Positions 40,945 through 54,240 of a stretch of 64,000 nucleotides of DNA are shown here, piece by piece (position 1 is the first letter of the stretch; each line of letters begins with the position of its first letter). Below the pieces are notes generated by a model, which did not search any database, had not been told where the DNA came from, and was given only the letters and a program-made list of their open reading frames with translations. This stretch comes from Eledone cirrhosa. Lineage: Eukaryota. Location of the stretch: positions 364,622,001 to 364,686,000 of the forward strand of contig OZ024741.1 in assembly GCA_964016885.1 (NCBI GenBank). Reading direction: 5' to 3'. Made by a program: the position numbers and the translations under genes.

Positions 40945-43300
40945 ATGTATGTATGTATGTATGTATGTATGTATGTATGTATGTATGTATGTATGTATGT
41001 ATGTATGTATGTACAACCTAGTACAACCTGTTGCATGGTCCGGTCGTTGGCGACTAAACCGGCAACCCCATCAAGTTTACTTGATGAGAAGGGTGATTTT
41101 GGACACCCTGCAGATCAAAAAACAAAACCTGACAAAGGGCAGAAGAACTCATAAGAGTCAACGGCCATCCAAAAATGTGTAAATATGAAAGTACACATGT
41201 ACATATGTATGTATATGCGCGTGGACATAGAAATAGTCAGACTGGACACCCGATCGCGCGGTTAAATCTCTAGGAGTGAAGGATTCCTAGCCTTTGTCAG
41301 GTCATTCTTCTAGGAGAAGGCAACTCAGGAAACTGGGATAACTCCAACATAAAAACTACGGCTCAGTAGTTACCGATGATGTTGATCTTTTCTTCTTTTC
41401 GAGTTATAGCTACTGTCGCTCAGAGAGTGGGATTGGCTCAGTGCACAGTCTTTCCTCACTTTAAAAAAATATTCATACACAGGCATTGCACGATAGAATT
41501 AATTAATAATTATTAATAATGTTATATCGTGCAATGGCCATACTCGATAACGAGGGGGCAGCCATCATCATGTATGTATGTATTTTTTTTACCACCTGGG
41601 AGTGAAAGGCCCCCAGTTGTTGTCACAACACCTTCCTAAGAGAGAGAAACTCTGAAAAAAAAATACACACCTGCGGTTTCGGAAGCATCCGATGATGTTG
41701 ACCAGTTCGCCTTTTTAGGTAGTGTTTTCGATACTCAGAGAGTGCGATTGGTCGAGTGCAAAGCCTTTCCCCACTTAAAAAACCTTCAAACACATGCATT
41801 GCTTGTTCAAGTTATGTTACAGGTTCGTGTCGCTGGTCGTAGCCTAAAAGTGCACCATTTTCTCTAATCTGACAAGCGATTGCAATACTCTTAGCAGAGT
41901 TTGCAGCCATCATGTATGTATGTATGTATGTATGTATGTATGTATGTATGTATGTATGTATGTATGTATGTATGTATGTATGTATGTTTATGTCAGGTCA
42001 CCAGTTGGTGCTACTGGTAACATGTATCCCAGTACAACCTGTCTCATGGTCGGGTCGTTGGCGACTAAACTGGCAACCCCACCAAGGTTTCTTGGTGAGG
42101 AGGGTGATATTGGACATCCTGCAGGACTAAAAACAAAACCTGTCAAAGGGCAAAGGAGCTCTTAAGAGTCAATGGCCATCCAAAATCACTGGGAGAGATG
42201 ACCCCTTAGCCTTTGTCAAGGCAGAATTCTAGGAGAAGAAAAACTCTGATATAACACCTGCAACTCTGATGGTATCCAATGATGTTGACTTGTTCTTCGT
42301 TTTGGTAAATATCATCTTGGTTAAGAGAGTGGGACTGGCTTTGTGCAGTGCCTTTGCTCACTATAAAAGCTTCACGGCACAAGCATTGCTTTATATCTGG
42401 AGATCTCTCTGCACTTGTCGTCACATGGTACCATGGGCCCAGTACTATGTGTCAATAATTGTCACAAGTGTAGTGTTTGTACCAGAGTTTTCAAGTCGCT
42501 GGCTGGACTAAAAAGTCACACTCGTTCAGCGCATCGGTAGGAGTTCTCCTACATGGATATAAAGTAGTGGCCGTACACGAAAACGAGTTGGCAGCCACCA
42601 TGTATGAATGTATGTATGTATGTATGTATGAACAACTTGTCCCATGGTCGGGTCGTTGGCGACTAAACTGGCAACCCCACTAAGGTTTCTTGGCGAGGAG
42701 GGTGACTTTAGACATCCTGCAGGACTAAAAACAAAACCTGTCAAAGGGCAAAGGAGCTCTTAAGAGTCAATGACCATCCAAAATCACCGGGAGAGATGAC
42801 CCCTTAGCCTTTGTCAAGGCAGAATTCTAGGAGAAGGAAAACTCTGATATAACACCTGCAACTCTGATGGTATCCAATGATGTTGACTTGTTCTTCTTTT
42901 AGGTAAATATCATCTTGGTTAAGAGAGTGGGACTGGCTTTGTGCAGTGCCTTTGCTCACTATAAAAGCTTCACGACACAGGCATTGCTTTATATCTGGAG
43001 ATTTCTCTGCACTTGTCGTCACATGGTACCATGGGCCTAGCACTATGTGTCAATAATTGTCACACGTGTAGTGTTTGTACCAGAGTTTTCAAGTCGCTGG
43101 CTGGACTAAAGTCACATTCGTTCAGCGCATCGGTAGGAGTTCTCCTACATGGATATAAAGTAGTGGCCGTACTCGAAAACGAGTTGGCAGCCACCATGTA
43201 TGTATGTATGTATGTATGTATGTATGTATGTATGTATGTATGTATGTATGTATGTATGTATGTATGTATGTATGTATGTATGTATGTATGTATGTATGTA
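40945..43300 (+). mobile_element. Cluster of non-autonomous bipartite RTE-derived elements in (TATG)n, including a 598-bp tandem duplication
   Basis: RTE 5'-UTR-like motif CTAGGAGAAGGAAAACTCTGA, 3' C2H2-like remnant CSVCTRVFKSLAGLKSH, ends GCAGCCAYCATGTATG. 42040-42630 matches 42638-43200, and 41598-41912 matches 2006-2317. Confidence 0.7.
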
Positions 43301-44379
43301 TGTTCTTCTGGTTTTATAATTTCACAACATTTTACCAATAGAGAGTGAGTCGGTTTCTAACAGACACAAGACTCTCTCATTGGAATTTACACAACATCAA
43401 CTAGGTAGATTATGTATGCATGTATGTATGTGTAGATATGGATGTTATTGTATGTGTGGATGTGTATGTTTTGAGTTGTATGTGTGCATGTGTATATGCT
43501 TTCTATCTGTACATGTGTATATGCAGTTATTAGATGCAACATATTTGGAATGTTTTACATATTTTTTTTAATTCACTTTCAATTAACGGCATACATTTCA
43601 CATATTATTTTTAATTCACTTTCAATTAACGATTTTCGAGTAATTATAACTAGCTATGGAGGAAGGATCCGTGTAGATCAACTAACCAACTAAATGTTTG
43701 TATATCACGGACAATTGGTTGATCTACGCATGCGTGTGATTTTATACACCGCTCTGGATCGACAAGAATTAATTTCGTTTATTAATATTTGAATATTAGT
43801 ATACAATTTCAAATAATACACCTGAAAAATTGTTTTATTGAGATTGTCAACACTGTTTCTTGATAATCGAAACTGCAGTAAGGGAAACATTACTGGTGAA
43901 GCTGTCTTATTTTAGGTAACTTTGTATAAGTTATTCTCTGAGTAGATAATTTTTGCTATCTTTTCATTAAAATGTTCTGCATACTAGTGACAAATAACAT
44001 TCTGTATGATACATACATATAAATTTATAATCACACACACACACACACACACACACGTAGTGAAAGAAAGTGTGGACGATAGAAAATGTTGTATACAGAT
44101 CACGTTATATAAGGAAAATGATGATTAAAAAGAGTTCGAAAAGCGTACCTTGTATATGTATTTATAAGGGATCTTTATAACATGTACAAAAAATTGATGT
44201 TAGCGAAGCTTGCTTTCTCCGTTCTGGGTCTTCAAAATATTTGTTATTAGGTTAAATTGCTTTCTCGTTAAAACTCCTGCATGCTGATTTTCGATTACCA
44301 GGTTTCTGTCGCTTCTGTCCTTGCGAAAGTAAGGGATACAAATGATTTTTTGTTGTCGCTTGTGTGTAAACATAAAAAA

Positions 44380-46167
44380 TGTTGTTATTGTTGTTGATGT
44401 TGTTGTTGTTGTTATTGTTGTTGAATTGTTGTTGTTGCTGTTGTTGTTATTGTTGATGTTATTGTTGTTGTTGTTGTTGTTTTTGTTGTTGTTATTGTTG
44501 TTGTTATTGTTGTTGACATTGTTGTAGTTGTTGTTGGTGTTGTTGTTGATGTTGTTGTTGTTACTGTTGTTGTTATTATTGTTGTAGTTGCAATTGTTGT
44601 TGTTGTTGATGTTGTTGTTTGTTGTTGATGTTGTTGTTTGTTGTTGATGTTGTTGTTGTTGTTGTTATTGTTGTTGTTGTTAATGTTATTGTTATTGTTA
44701 TTGTTGTGGTTGTTGTTATTGTTGTTGTTATTGTTATTGTTTTTGTTATTGTTGTTATTGTTGCTGTTGATAAGTTATTGTTGTTGTTATTGTTGTTGAT
44801 TTTATTGTTGTTATTGTTGTTATTGTTGTTGTTGATGTTATTGTTGTTGTTGTTAGTGTTGTTGTTGTTGTTGTTGTTGATGTTATTGGTGTTGTTGTTG
44901 TTGTTGTTATTGTTTTTGTTATTGCGTTTTTATTGTTGTTGTTGTTATGATGTTGTTGATGTTGATGTTTTATTATTATTGTTGTTGAAATTGTTGTTGT
45001 TGTTGCTGTTATTATTGTTGTTGTTATTGTTGTTGTTTTTGTTGTTGTTATTGTTATTGTTGTTGTTATTGTTGTTGATTGTTGTGGTTATTTTTGTTGT
45101 TGTTATTGTTGTTGCTGCTGTTGTTGTCGCTGTTGATTTTGTTATTATTGTTGTTGTTGTTATTGTTATTGTTATTATTGTTGTTGTTGTTATTGTTCCT
45201 GTTGTTGTTGTTGTTGATGTTGTGGTTGTTGTTGATGTTGTTGTTGTTTGTTGTTGTTGTTGTTGTTGTTGTTGATCTTATTGTTGTTGTTGTTATTGGT
45301 GTTATTGTTGCTTTTGTTGTTATTGTTGTTGTTGATGTTATTGTTGTTGTTGTTGTTGTTATTGTTGTTGTTGTTATTGTTGTTGTTGATGTTATTGTTG
45401 TTGTTATTGTTGTTGTTGTTGATGTTATTGTTGTTATTGTTGTTGTTGGTGTTATTGTTATTGTTATTGTTGTTGTTATTGTTGTTGTTGTTGATGTTAT
45501 TGTTGTTGTTATTGTTGTTGTTGGTGTTATTGTTGTTGTTATTGTTGTTGTTGTTGTTATTGTTGTTGTTGTTGATATAATTGTTTCTATTGTTGTTATT
45601 GTTGTTGTGATGTTATTGTTGTTTTTTTTGTTGTTGTTATTGTTGTTGTTAATGTTATTGTCGTTGTTGATGTTGTTATTGTTGTTGTTATAGTTGTTGT
45701 TAATGTTATTGTTGTTGTTGCTGTTGTTATTGTTGTTGTTATTGTTGTTGTTGATGTTATTGTTGTTGTTGTTGTTGCTGATATTGTTGTTTTTGTTATT
45801 GTTGTTGTTGCTGATGTTATTGTTGTTGCTATTGTTGTTGTTATTGTTGTTGTTATTGCTGTTGTTGATGTTATTGTTGTTGTTATTGTTGTTGTTGTTG
45901 TTGATGTTATTGTTGTTGTTATTGTTGTTGTTATTGTTGTGGATGTTATTATTGTTGTTGATGTTATTGTTGTCGTTGTTGATCTTATTGTTGTTGTTGA
46001 TGTTATTGTTGTTGTTATTGTTGTTGTTATTGTTGTTGTTATTGTTGTTGTTGTTGTTATTATTGTTGTTGTTATTGTTGCTGTTATTGTTGTTGTTGTT
46101 GATGATGTTGTTGTTGTTGTTGTTATTGTTGTTGTTGTTGATGTTGTTGTTATTACTGTTGTTGTTA

Positions 46168-46200
<33 letters not shown>

Positions 46201-46800
46201 ACGTAGTTGTTGTTGTTGTTGTTGTTGTTGTTGATGTTATTGTTGTTGTTGATGTCATTGTTGTTGTTGTTGATGTTATTGTTGTTGTTGTTGTTGGTGT
46301 TGTTGTTAGTGTTATTGTTGTTGTTGTTGTTGTTGTTGTTGATGTTATTGTTGCTGTTGTTGTTATTGTTGTTGTTGATGTTATTGTTGTTGTTGTTGTT
46401 ATTGTTGTTGTTGCTGATGTTATTATTGTTGTTGTTGTTATTGTTGTTGTTAATGTTGTTATTGTTGTTGTTAATGTTGTTGTTGTTGATGTTATTGTTG
46501 TTGTTGTTGTTATTGTTGTTATTGTTGATGTTATTGTTGTTGTTGTTGATGTTATTGTTGTTCTTATTGTTGTTGTTGTTGTTATTGTTGTTGTTATTGT
46601 TGTTGTTGATATGTTATTGTTGTTGTTATTGTTGTTGTTATGTTATTGTTGTTGATATTGTTGTTGATGTTATTGTTGTTGTTATTGTTGTTGTTATTGT
46701 TGTTGATGTTATTGTTGTTGTTATTGTTGTTGATGTTATTGTTGTTGTTATTGTTGTTGTTATTGTTTGTGTGGTTGTTGTTGTGGTTGTTGTGTTTATC
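44380..46800. repeat. Imperfect (TTG)n/(AAC)n microsatellite, ~2.4 kb
   Basis: Direct inspection. It is the source of the poly-L/V/T/N ORFs. Confidence 0.97.
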
Positions 46801-46956
46801 ATTGTTGAAATTGACTATGTTGCTATTATTATTTGTGCCACTATTACTGTCACCAATGTTGTCAACATTATCATTGTTGTTCTTAATTGTGTTGTCATCG
46901 TTTCCTGTTTTTGTTTTTCTTAATGTATTATCACTTTCATCGATGTAGTTTATTAT

Positions 46957-48820
46957 TGCTGTTATTACTGCTGTTGTTGTTATTGTTGGTGTTGTCATGA
47001 TTGCTACTGCTGTTGTTGTTATTGTTGGTGTTGCTATGATTGCTACTGCTGTTGTTGTTATTGTTGGTGTTGTTATGATTGCTACTGCTGTTGTTGTTAT
47101 TGTTGGTGTTGTTATGATTGCTACTGCTGTTGTTGTTATTGTTCGTGTTGTTATGATTGCTACTGCTGTTATTGTTATTGTTGGTGTTGTTATGATTGCT
47201 ACTGCTGTTGTTGTTATTGTTGGCGTTGTTATGATTGCTACTGCTGTTGTTGTTATTGTTGGTGTTGTTATGATTGCTACTACTGTTGTTGTTATTGTTC
47301 GTGTTGTTATGATTGCTACTGCTGTTATTGTTATTGTTGGTGTTGTTATGATTGCTACTGCTGTTGTTGTTATTGTTGGTGTTGTTATGATTGCTACTAC
47401 TGTTGTTGTTATTGTTGGCGTTGTTATGATTGCTACTGCTGTTGTTGTTATTGTTGGTGTTGTTATGATTGCTACTGCTGTTGTTGTTATTGTTGGTGTT
47501 GTTATGATTGCTACTGCTGTTGTTGTTATTGTTCGTATGGTTATGATTGCTACTGCTGTTATTGTTATTGTTTGTGTTGTTATGATTGCTACTGCTGTTG
47601 TTGTTATTGTTGGTGTTGTTATGATTGCTACTACTGTTGTTGTTATTGTTGGCGTTGTTATGATTGCTACTGCTGTTGTTGTTATTGTTGGTGTTGTTAT
47701 GATTGCTACTGCTGTTGTTGTTATTGCTGGTGTTGTTATGATTGCTACTGCTGTTGTTGTTATTGTTGGTGTTGTTATGATTGCTACTGCTGTTATTGTT
47801 ATTGTTGGTGTTGTTATGATTGCTACTACTGTTGTTGTTATTGTTGGCGTTGTTATGATTGCTACTGCTGTTGTTGTTATTGTTGGTGTTGTTATGATTG
47901 CTACTGCTGTTGTTGTTATTGTTGGTGTTGTTATGATTGCTACTGCTGTTGTTGTTATTGTTGGTGTTGTTATGATTGCTACTGCTGTTGTTGTTATTGT
48001 TGGTGTTGTTATGATTGCTACTGCTGTTGTTGTTATTGTTGGTGTTGTTATGATTGCTACTGCTGTTGTTGTTATTGCTGGTGTTGTTATGATTGCTACT
48101 GCTGTTGTTGTTATTGTTGGAGTTGTTATGATTGCTACTACTGTTGTTGTTATTGTTGGCGTTGTTATGATTGCTACTGCTGTTGTTGTTATTGTTGGTG
48201 TTGTTATGATTGCTACTGCTGTTGTTGTTATTGTTGGTGTTGTTATGATTGCTACTGCTGTTGTTGTTATTGTTGGTGTTGTTATGATTGCTACTGCTGT
48301 TGTTGTTATTGTTGGTGTTGTTATGATTGCTACTGCTGTTGTTGTTATTGCTGGTGTTGTTATGATTGCTACTGCTGTTGTTGTTATTGTTGGTGTTGTT
48401 ATGATTGCTACTGCTGTTGTTGTTATTGTTGGTGTTGTTATGATTGCTACTGCTGTTGTTGTTATTGTTGGTGTTGTGATGATTGCTACTGCTGTTGTTG
48501 TTATTGTTGGTGTTGTTATAATTGCTACTGCTATTATTGTTATTGTTGGTGTTGTTATGATTGCTACTGCTGTTGTTGTTGTTGTTGGTGTTGTTATGAT
48601 TGCTACTGCTGTTGTTGTTATTGTTGGTGTTGTTATGATTGCTACTGCTGTTGTTGTTATTGTTGGTGTTGTTATGATTGCTACTGCTGTTGTTGTTATT
48701 GTTCGTGTTGTTATGATTGCTACTGCTGTTATTGTTATTGTTGGTGTTGTTATGATTGCTACTACTGTTGTTGTTATTGTTGGTGTTGTTATGATTGCTA
48801 CTGCTGTTGTTGTTATTGTT
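46957..48820. repeat. 39-bp minisatellite (~47 units)
   Basis: Unit ATGATTGCTACTGCTGTTGTTGTTATTGTTGGTGTTGTT (13-codon period in ORF 46997-48889). Confidence 0.97.
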
Positions 48821-49213
48821 GCCTTGCTCTTCCTATTCTATTCCATTCTATTCTATTCCATATATATTTCTTCCTTCTGTTACATTTAACGCGAAGCGAA
48901 AGAAAGTCCATCTTGCTAATGGTTTTCTGATTTTAGCTTCCGTACATTTGGTGCAGGGAGAAAAGAAGATAAAAAAACAAACTAGATTTCACAACTGTAT
49001 GTAGAGTGGATGTGCATACACACATGCAAATACATACACACACATGCAAATGCATACACAAACGCACACACAGTCATATCCCCACATACATATATACATG
49101 CCTACATACATATACACATACATGCATATATACATATTTTTATATATATACATATTATATATATATATACACATATATATACATAAATATATACATACAC
49201 ACACATATATATA

Positions 49214-49249
<36 letters not shown>

Positions 49250-49331
49250 AATATATACATACATAAATATATGTGCATATATATAAATATACGTATATAT
49301 ATATATATATATGCATGTATATGTATATGTA

Positions 49332-49383
<52 letters not shown>

Positions 49384-50333
49384 TATATATATGCACATAC
49401 ATATACATATATATATATATACATGCATATATATACGTATATTTATATATATATTTATATATATATGCACATATATATCTATGTATGTATATACATACGC
49501 ATTTATACGAATATATATGCATATATATATGCGCATTCTATATATATATGTTTATATATACTCGCAAGTACATATATCTATATATCAACCTCTCTCATTT
49601 CGTCTCTCTCTCTATCTCCCTCTCTCTTTATCTTTAAATTAAAATCGATTGAAATTCATTCAAATCACTGTACAAAACTGAAATTAATTTTCTTTGTTTG
49701 TTCGTTCGACATCATCATCATCATCATCATAATCATCACCATCATCACCATCATCATCACCATCATCATCATCATCATCATCATCTTCATCATCATCATT
49801 AGTTGTCATTAACATCGTCGTCACTGTCGTTTTCTCGTCGACATCATTATTATCATTGAAACATCATTATTTACTATCGGTAGAAGATCGGACGCCATGC
49901 TTTGCAGCATAGAGTTACGACCCTTTACGGTCTGAGTTCAAATCCAGCCGAGGTCAACTTTGCCTTTCATCCTTACGTGGTCGATAAAATAAAATACCAG
50001 TAATGCGCTGGGATAATTGCTGGCCTTGAGCCAAAAGTAGAAACAATTATTATTATTGAAACTGGCGTGATGTGAGTTAAAAATCCGATCCTTGGTTGAA
50101 CCTTGTCGTGTTGGAATGTATGTTGATGGCATGTATTGTTGCAATACTGGGCTCTATGGTGTTTGAGAGCGAACAAGGGTTCTGTTCGGTTGGATTTAAG
50201 GTTCGTTTGGGACTGGTATGTGTTTAAAAGATGCTACTTTAAAGGATTTTGTATGTAAGTAAGAGAAAATGTTTCTTTCCTTTTGGTGAGCATGTTAACT
50301 TGCAGAGTTGGATCCTATTTATTACACACACAA

Positions 50334-50880
50334 ACAACGAGGTCGTTAAGCATGGCTTGGATGCTGCAGGCTTCCCTTCCCAGCTCGAGCCAGTGGGGCT
50401 GGACCGAGGGGATGGCAAAAGGCCAGATGGTATGACTATCTTCCCGTTCCGCGGTGGCAAACCCCTCGTCTGGGATGCCACTTGCAGCGACACTTTCTCC
50501 AGCCGCAACCTGGTGCAGTCTGCGACTAACCCAGGTACTGCTGCACGTCGGACGGAGGAGGCCAAACTCTCCAAGTACCGGTCGCTCTCCGACAGGTTCA
50601 CGGTCTTGCCCTTGGCAGTGGAGACTTCTGGTGTCCTTAGGCCTAAGGCTACCTCCATATTCACCCCCATAGGCGCTGAGCTGGCCAGCCGCAGGTGTGA
50701 GCCTCGCAAGATGGAATGCCTCTTCCAGCGCATCTCCCTTACCATCCTCTGGGGAAATGCCTTCTCCATCCTGTCCGCTGGGGCTGTGGGGAGGCCAGCA
50801 CGTGGGACCCCATTTGCTCACCATACGGATTAATAGGCAAAGTTATAAACTATTGTAAATAAACCTAAAAAAAAAATTAA
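50334..50880 (+). mobile_element. 5'-truncated CRE-clade non-LTR retrotransposon (restriction-like endonuclease C-terminus)
   Basis: GC-rich island encoding EPVGLDRGDGKRPDGMT..LVWDATCSDT..EEAKLSKY..LPLAVETSG..FQRISLTILWGNA. Stop at 50833, then an A-rich tail. Confidence 0.88.
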
Positions 50881-51200
50881 GATAAATTTAATGTAGATAT
50901 AACTATAAACGCACATACAACCACAAAACACACGTGAATAAACACACATACACATATACATAAACACACATACGCATATACATAAACACACATACATATA
51001 TACATAAACACACACACATATATATATGGGGATTTAGGATAAACTACAATGTTTGCTGAAAAAAGGCTGAAGTACATTCATTCCCTCTATACTCAGAAAA
51101 TAGAGATTACCTTAACGTGTTTTAGAGGTTATTGTCTCATTAATATCTACATTAAATCTATGTTAAATCTAATATATACTGCATTTTGTATTAAAAGCTG

Positions 51201-51237
<37 letters not shown>

Positions 51238-51491
51238 CTTAACTAATGAATATATATATAGAGAGAGAGAGAAAGGAGAGAAGCTAACAGTCTGTTTCAC
51301 GCTGTTTGGCGATCACTAGAGCCACGCACCCCCTGCTTCCGCCGAAAATTATAGAAGCTGGATTCTTATAGAATTCCAGTGATAATCAGGAGCTGATTAT
51401 ACAGAGCGATTGCCGGTCCAGCAAAAATCACTATTTCAGAGCATCAATCCTAATTTTTAATTTTTGCTGGACCGGCAATCGCTCTGTATAA

Positions 51492-53473
51492 CACTGTGTA
51501 ACAAAAAATTTTTTTTCTCTGTTCCTGGCTTGTAATCACTTTTTTTGTGTTGCTTAGGTCCCAAATAAATGAAAAAAGTGTCATTAAACAGTTAAAAGTT
51601 TGGGTTTGTAAAAATTCTAAGCTATTCACTAGAATTATTTGTATGCTGGATTTTACGTTGTATGTAAGTTTAATTTGCTTATGTTAAATGATTTTTTAAA
51701 ATATATGTTTCAGGTTAAATTAAAATTATAAAATAAAGAGTAATACCTAAAGAAAATTATAAAAGTGCAATAAACTATAAAATTGTTAAAAAGTGGATTA
51801 AAGAGATTTATTGATACTGAATTTTTGCACCCTGAATAAAGGGTAAGTTGTGTTTTAAGCACGAATTTTTATTAGTATGATTAGTGTTCTTTTATATTAT
51901 TTAAATATGTATTTCCCTTTCCAATATTTATTTTGTATTGTATATCAAATTTATTTTCCAAGACAAGTATTCTGATGAAGAGGAGGAGATGGATGCTGAG
52001 GACATGGATTACCTGCCTGAGGTACCAGAAAAAGTTCCTCACTTCCCAAACCAAAAAGAAGTCAATGACTTGGTCAGGGATATGGGTATGACCAAGTCCA
52101 ATGCAGAGCTATTCGTCTCCAGGATGAAGCAGTGGAACTTGGTCAAGGAGGAAGTGCAGGTGACAAGTCAGAGAAGTCGACACGAACCTATCTCAGGCTT
52201 TTACACTCTTAGGGATGGCCTCTGCTTCTCCTATGACGTGCCTGGACTGTTTGACGTTATTGGGGTGCCGTTTGAGCCCAAGGAGTGGCGGCTATTTATA
52301 GACAGCTCCACCACAAGTTTGAAGGCTGTCCTCCTCCACAATGGAAACAAGTTCCCGACACTGCCCCTAGCTCATTCAGTCTGTCTGAAGGAAGATTACT
52401 ACAGAGCGAAAGTCCTCTTGGAAGCTCTGCAATACAACCAGTACAATTGGGAAATCATTGGAGACTTCAAGATGGTGGCTTTCCTGCTTGGACTCCAAGG
52501 AGGCTTTATCAAATTCCAATGCTTCCTCTGCCTTTGGGACAGCAGAGCCACCTCTGACCACTAAAAAGAAAGAACTGGGAGCAGCGAACAGAATTTGTAG
52601 TGGGGACCCGGAACGTCATGTGGGAGCCACTGGTTGATCCCAGGATTGTGATCATGCCGCCACTGCATATTAAGTTGGGGTTGATGAAGCAGTTTGTGAA
52701 GGCTCTCAACCAAGAATCAGCCACTTTTAAGTACCTTCTTGAGTTCTTCCCCAAGTTATCTGAGGCCAAAATCAAAGGTGGAATTTTTGTTGGACCTCAG
52801 ATAAAGAAGGTGTTTGAGTCTACCGAGTTCTCCAATAAGCTCAATAGGATTGAGAGAACAGCATGGAACTGTTTCAAGGCTTCCTGGACAACTACAGAGC
52901 TGAAAACTACCAGAAACTGGTGCCGGATCTGATAAAGGCTTTTGGCGCCATGGGATGCAGGATGTCGCTTAAACTCCATATGCTGGACGTTCACCTGGAA
53001 AAATTAAAGGACAATATGGGCGCCTACTCAGAAGAACAAGGCAAACGATTCCACCAAGATGTGAAAGAGATAGAGCGGAGGTACCAGGGCCACTACAATG
53101 AAAAAAATGATGGGGGACTATATCTGGGGGCTAGTGCGGGAATGCGACCTGGACTACAACCGCAAACCCAGGAAATCCTGTCATTTCTGACGTGTATAAG
53201 TTGCTTTATAAGTGTTATTTGTTTTTACTTGTTTGCTATTGATAAGCTTGTGTAATAAAATAAATATATACTCTGTTGATTTAATTATATGAACTGATAA
53301 ATTAAAAAAAAATGTGTTTTTTCTTGAAAAATATGAAAATTTCGAAATATCAAACTCCTGACCACAAACCCAAACTTCTGATTAAATAATAGTGTTTTTT
53401 TTAATAATAATGGGATATAACAAACCATGAAATGACACTTAGAACCGGGGAACAAAAAATATGTTACACGGTA
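51492..53473 (+). mobile_element. Chapaev3-type (CMC superfamily) DNA transposon, internally deleted
   Basis: Termini CACTGTGTAACAAAAAAT...ATATGTTACACGGTA, TAA target duplication (51489-51491 / 53474-53476), transposase remnant inside. Confidence 0.85.
51962..53190 (+). pseudogene. Chapaev3-like transposase C-terminal/catalytic region (stop at 52562, frameshifts ~52880 and ~53105)
   Basis: WRLFIDSS..SLKAVLLHNGN, WEIIGDFKMVAFLLGLQGGF.KFQCFLCLWDSR, PPLHIKLGLMKQFVKAL, MSLKLHML, SEEQGKRFHQD. Confidence 0.88.
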
Positions 53474-53549
53474 TAACCAGCTCCTGATTATTACTTGAAT
53501 TCTATAAGAATCCAGCTTCTATAATTTTCAGCGGAAGCAGTGGATGCGT

Positions 53550-53591
53550 GGCTCTGATGATCGCCAAACAGCGTAAAACAGACTGTTAGCT
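53550..53591 (+). ncRNA. Minimal hammerhead motif (G12A in this copy); inverted sister copy at 51282-51323 (-)
   Basis: GGCU-CUGAUGA-U-CGC-caaaca-GCG-U-aAAAC-AG-a-CU-GUU^AGCU. The sister copy retains GAAAC but has CUAGUGA, so the consensus core is canonical. Confidence 0.75.
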
Positions 53592-53751
53592 TCTCTACCT
53601 TCTTTCGCCGAAAAGAAGTGACATAGTCACTACTTTAAAACCGATAGCGTATGGTCTTCCAAATGTTTTAAATTAAACATACGGTATATTGCCAAATATA
53701 CTATACATACATTCGTGTATACATCGCTATTTCAGAGCACCAATCCTAATA

Positions 53752-53841
<90 letters not shown>

Positions 53842-53860
53842 TATATATATATATATATAT

Positions 53861-54118
53861 TAAAATAACAGATTAAAGTTTAAGCAAAGAATCGCTGTTT
53901 TCAACCTTAACGGGATCTTCTGAAATATATATATGTGTGTGTGGGTGTGTGTGTGTCTGAGTTTCAGAAGATCCCGTTAAGGGTGAAAGCAGCGATTCTT
54001 TGCTTAAACTTTAATCTGTTATTTTAATAAATATTTGGTCAATTGTTCATATGTATGTGATATATATTTATCCTTATCGAACCCTCTTTGGATTTTAGTC
54101 TTCAAATTTATTATTTTT
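53861..54118. mobile_element. Solo inverted pair of pLTR fragments of the 31-34 kb PLE family, with hammerheads at 53877-53925 (-) and 53960-54010 (+)
   Basis: 53960-54035 matches 34347-34420. 54060-54118 matches the reverse complement of ~31066-31123. Flanked by (TA)n. Confidence 0.85.
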
Positions 54119-54139
54119 ACTTTATATATATATATATAA

Positions 54140-54202
<63 letters not shown>

Positions 54203-54207
54203 TATAT

Positions 54208-54240
<33 letters not shown>

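Larger units (their letters stand above)
51277..53753 (+). mobile_element. ORF-less PLE-type/retrozyme-like insertion (inverted arm + ~311-nt partial tandem), split by the Chapaev3 element
   Basis: 51277-51428 is an inverted copy of 51459-51491 + 53477-53596. CTATTTCAGAGCAYCAATCCTAAT recurs at 51431 and 53727. Flanked by (TA/GA)n and (TA)n. Confidence 0.75.

Noticed and set aside
44342-46998. Poly-Leu/Val/Thr/Asn ORFs (mucin- or transmembrane-like)
   Set aside because: Frames of a (TTG)n microsatellite.
46997-48930. 630-aa and 452-aa ORFs (MIATAVVVIVGVV / Cys-Tyr-rich)
   Set aside because: Translations of a 39-bp minisatellite; no unique domain, splice signals or codon-level constraint.
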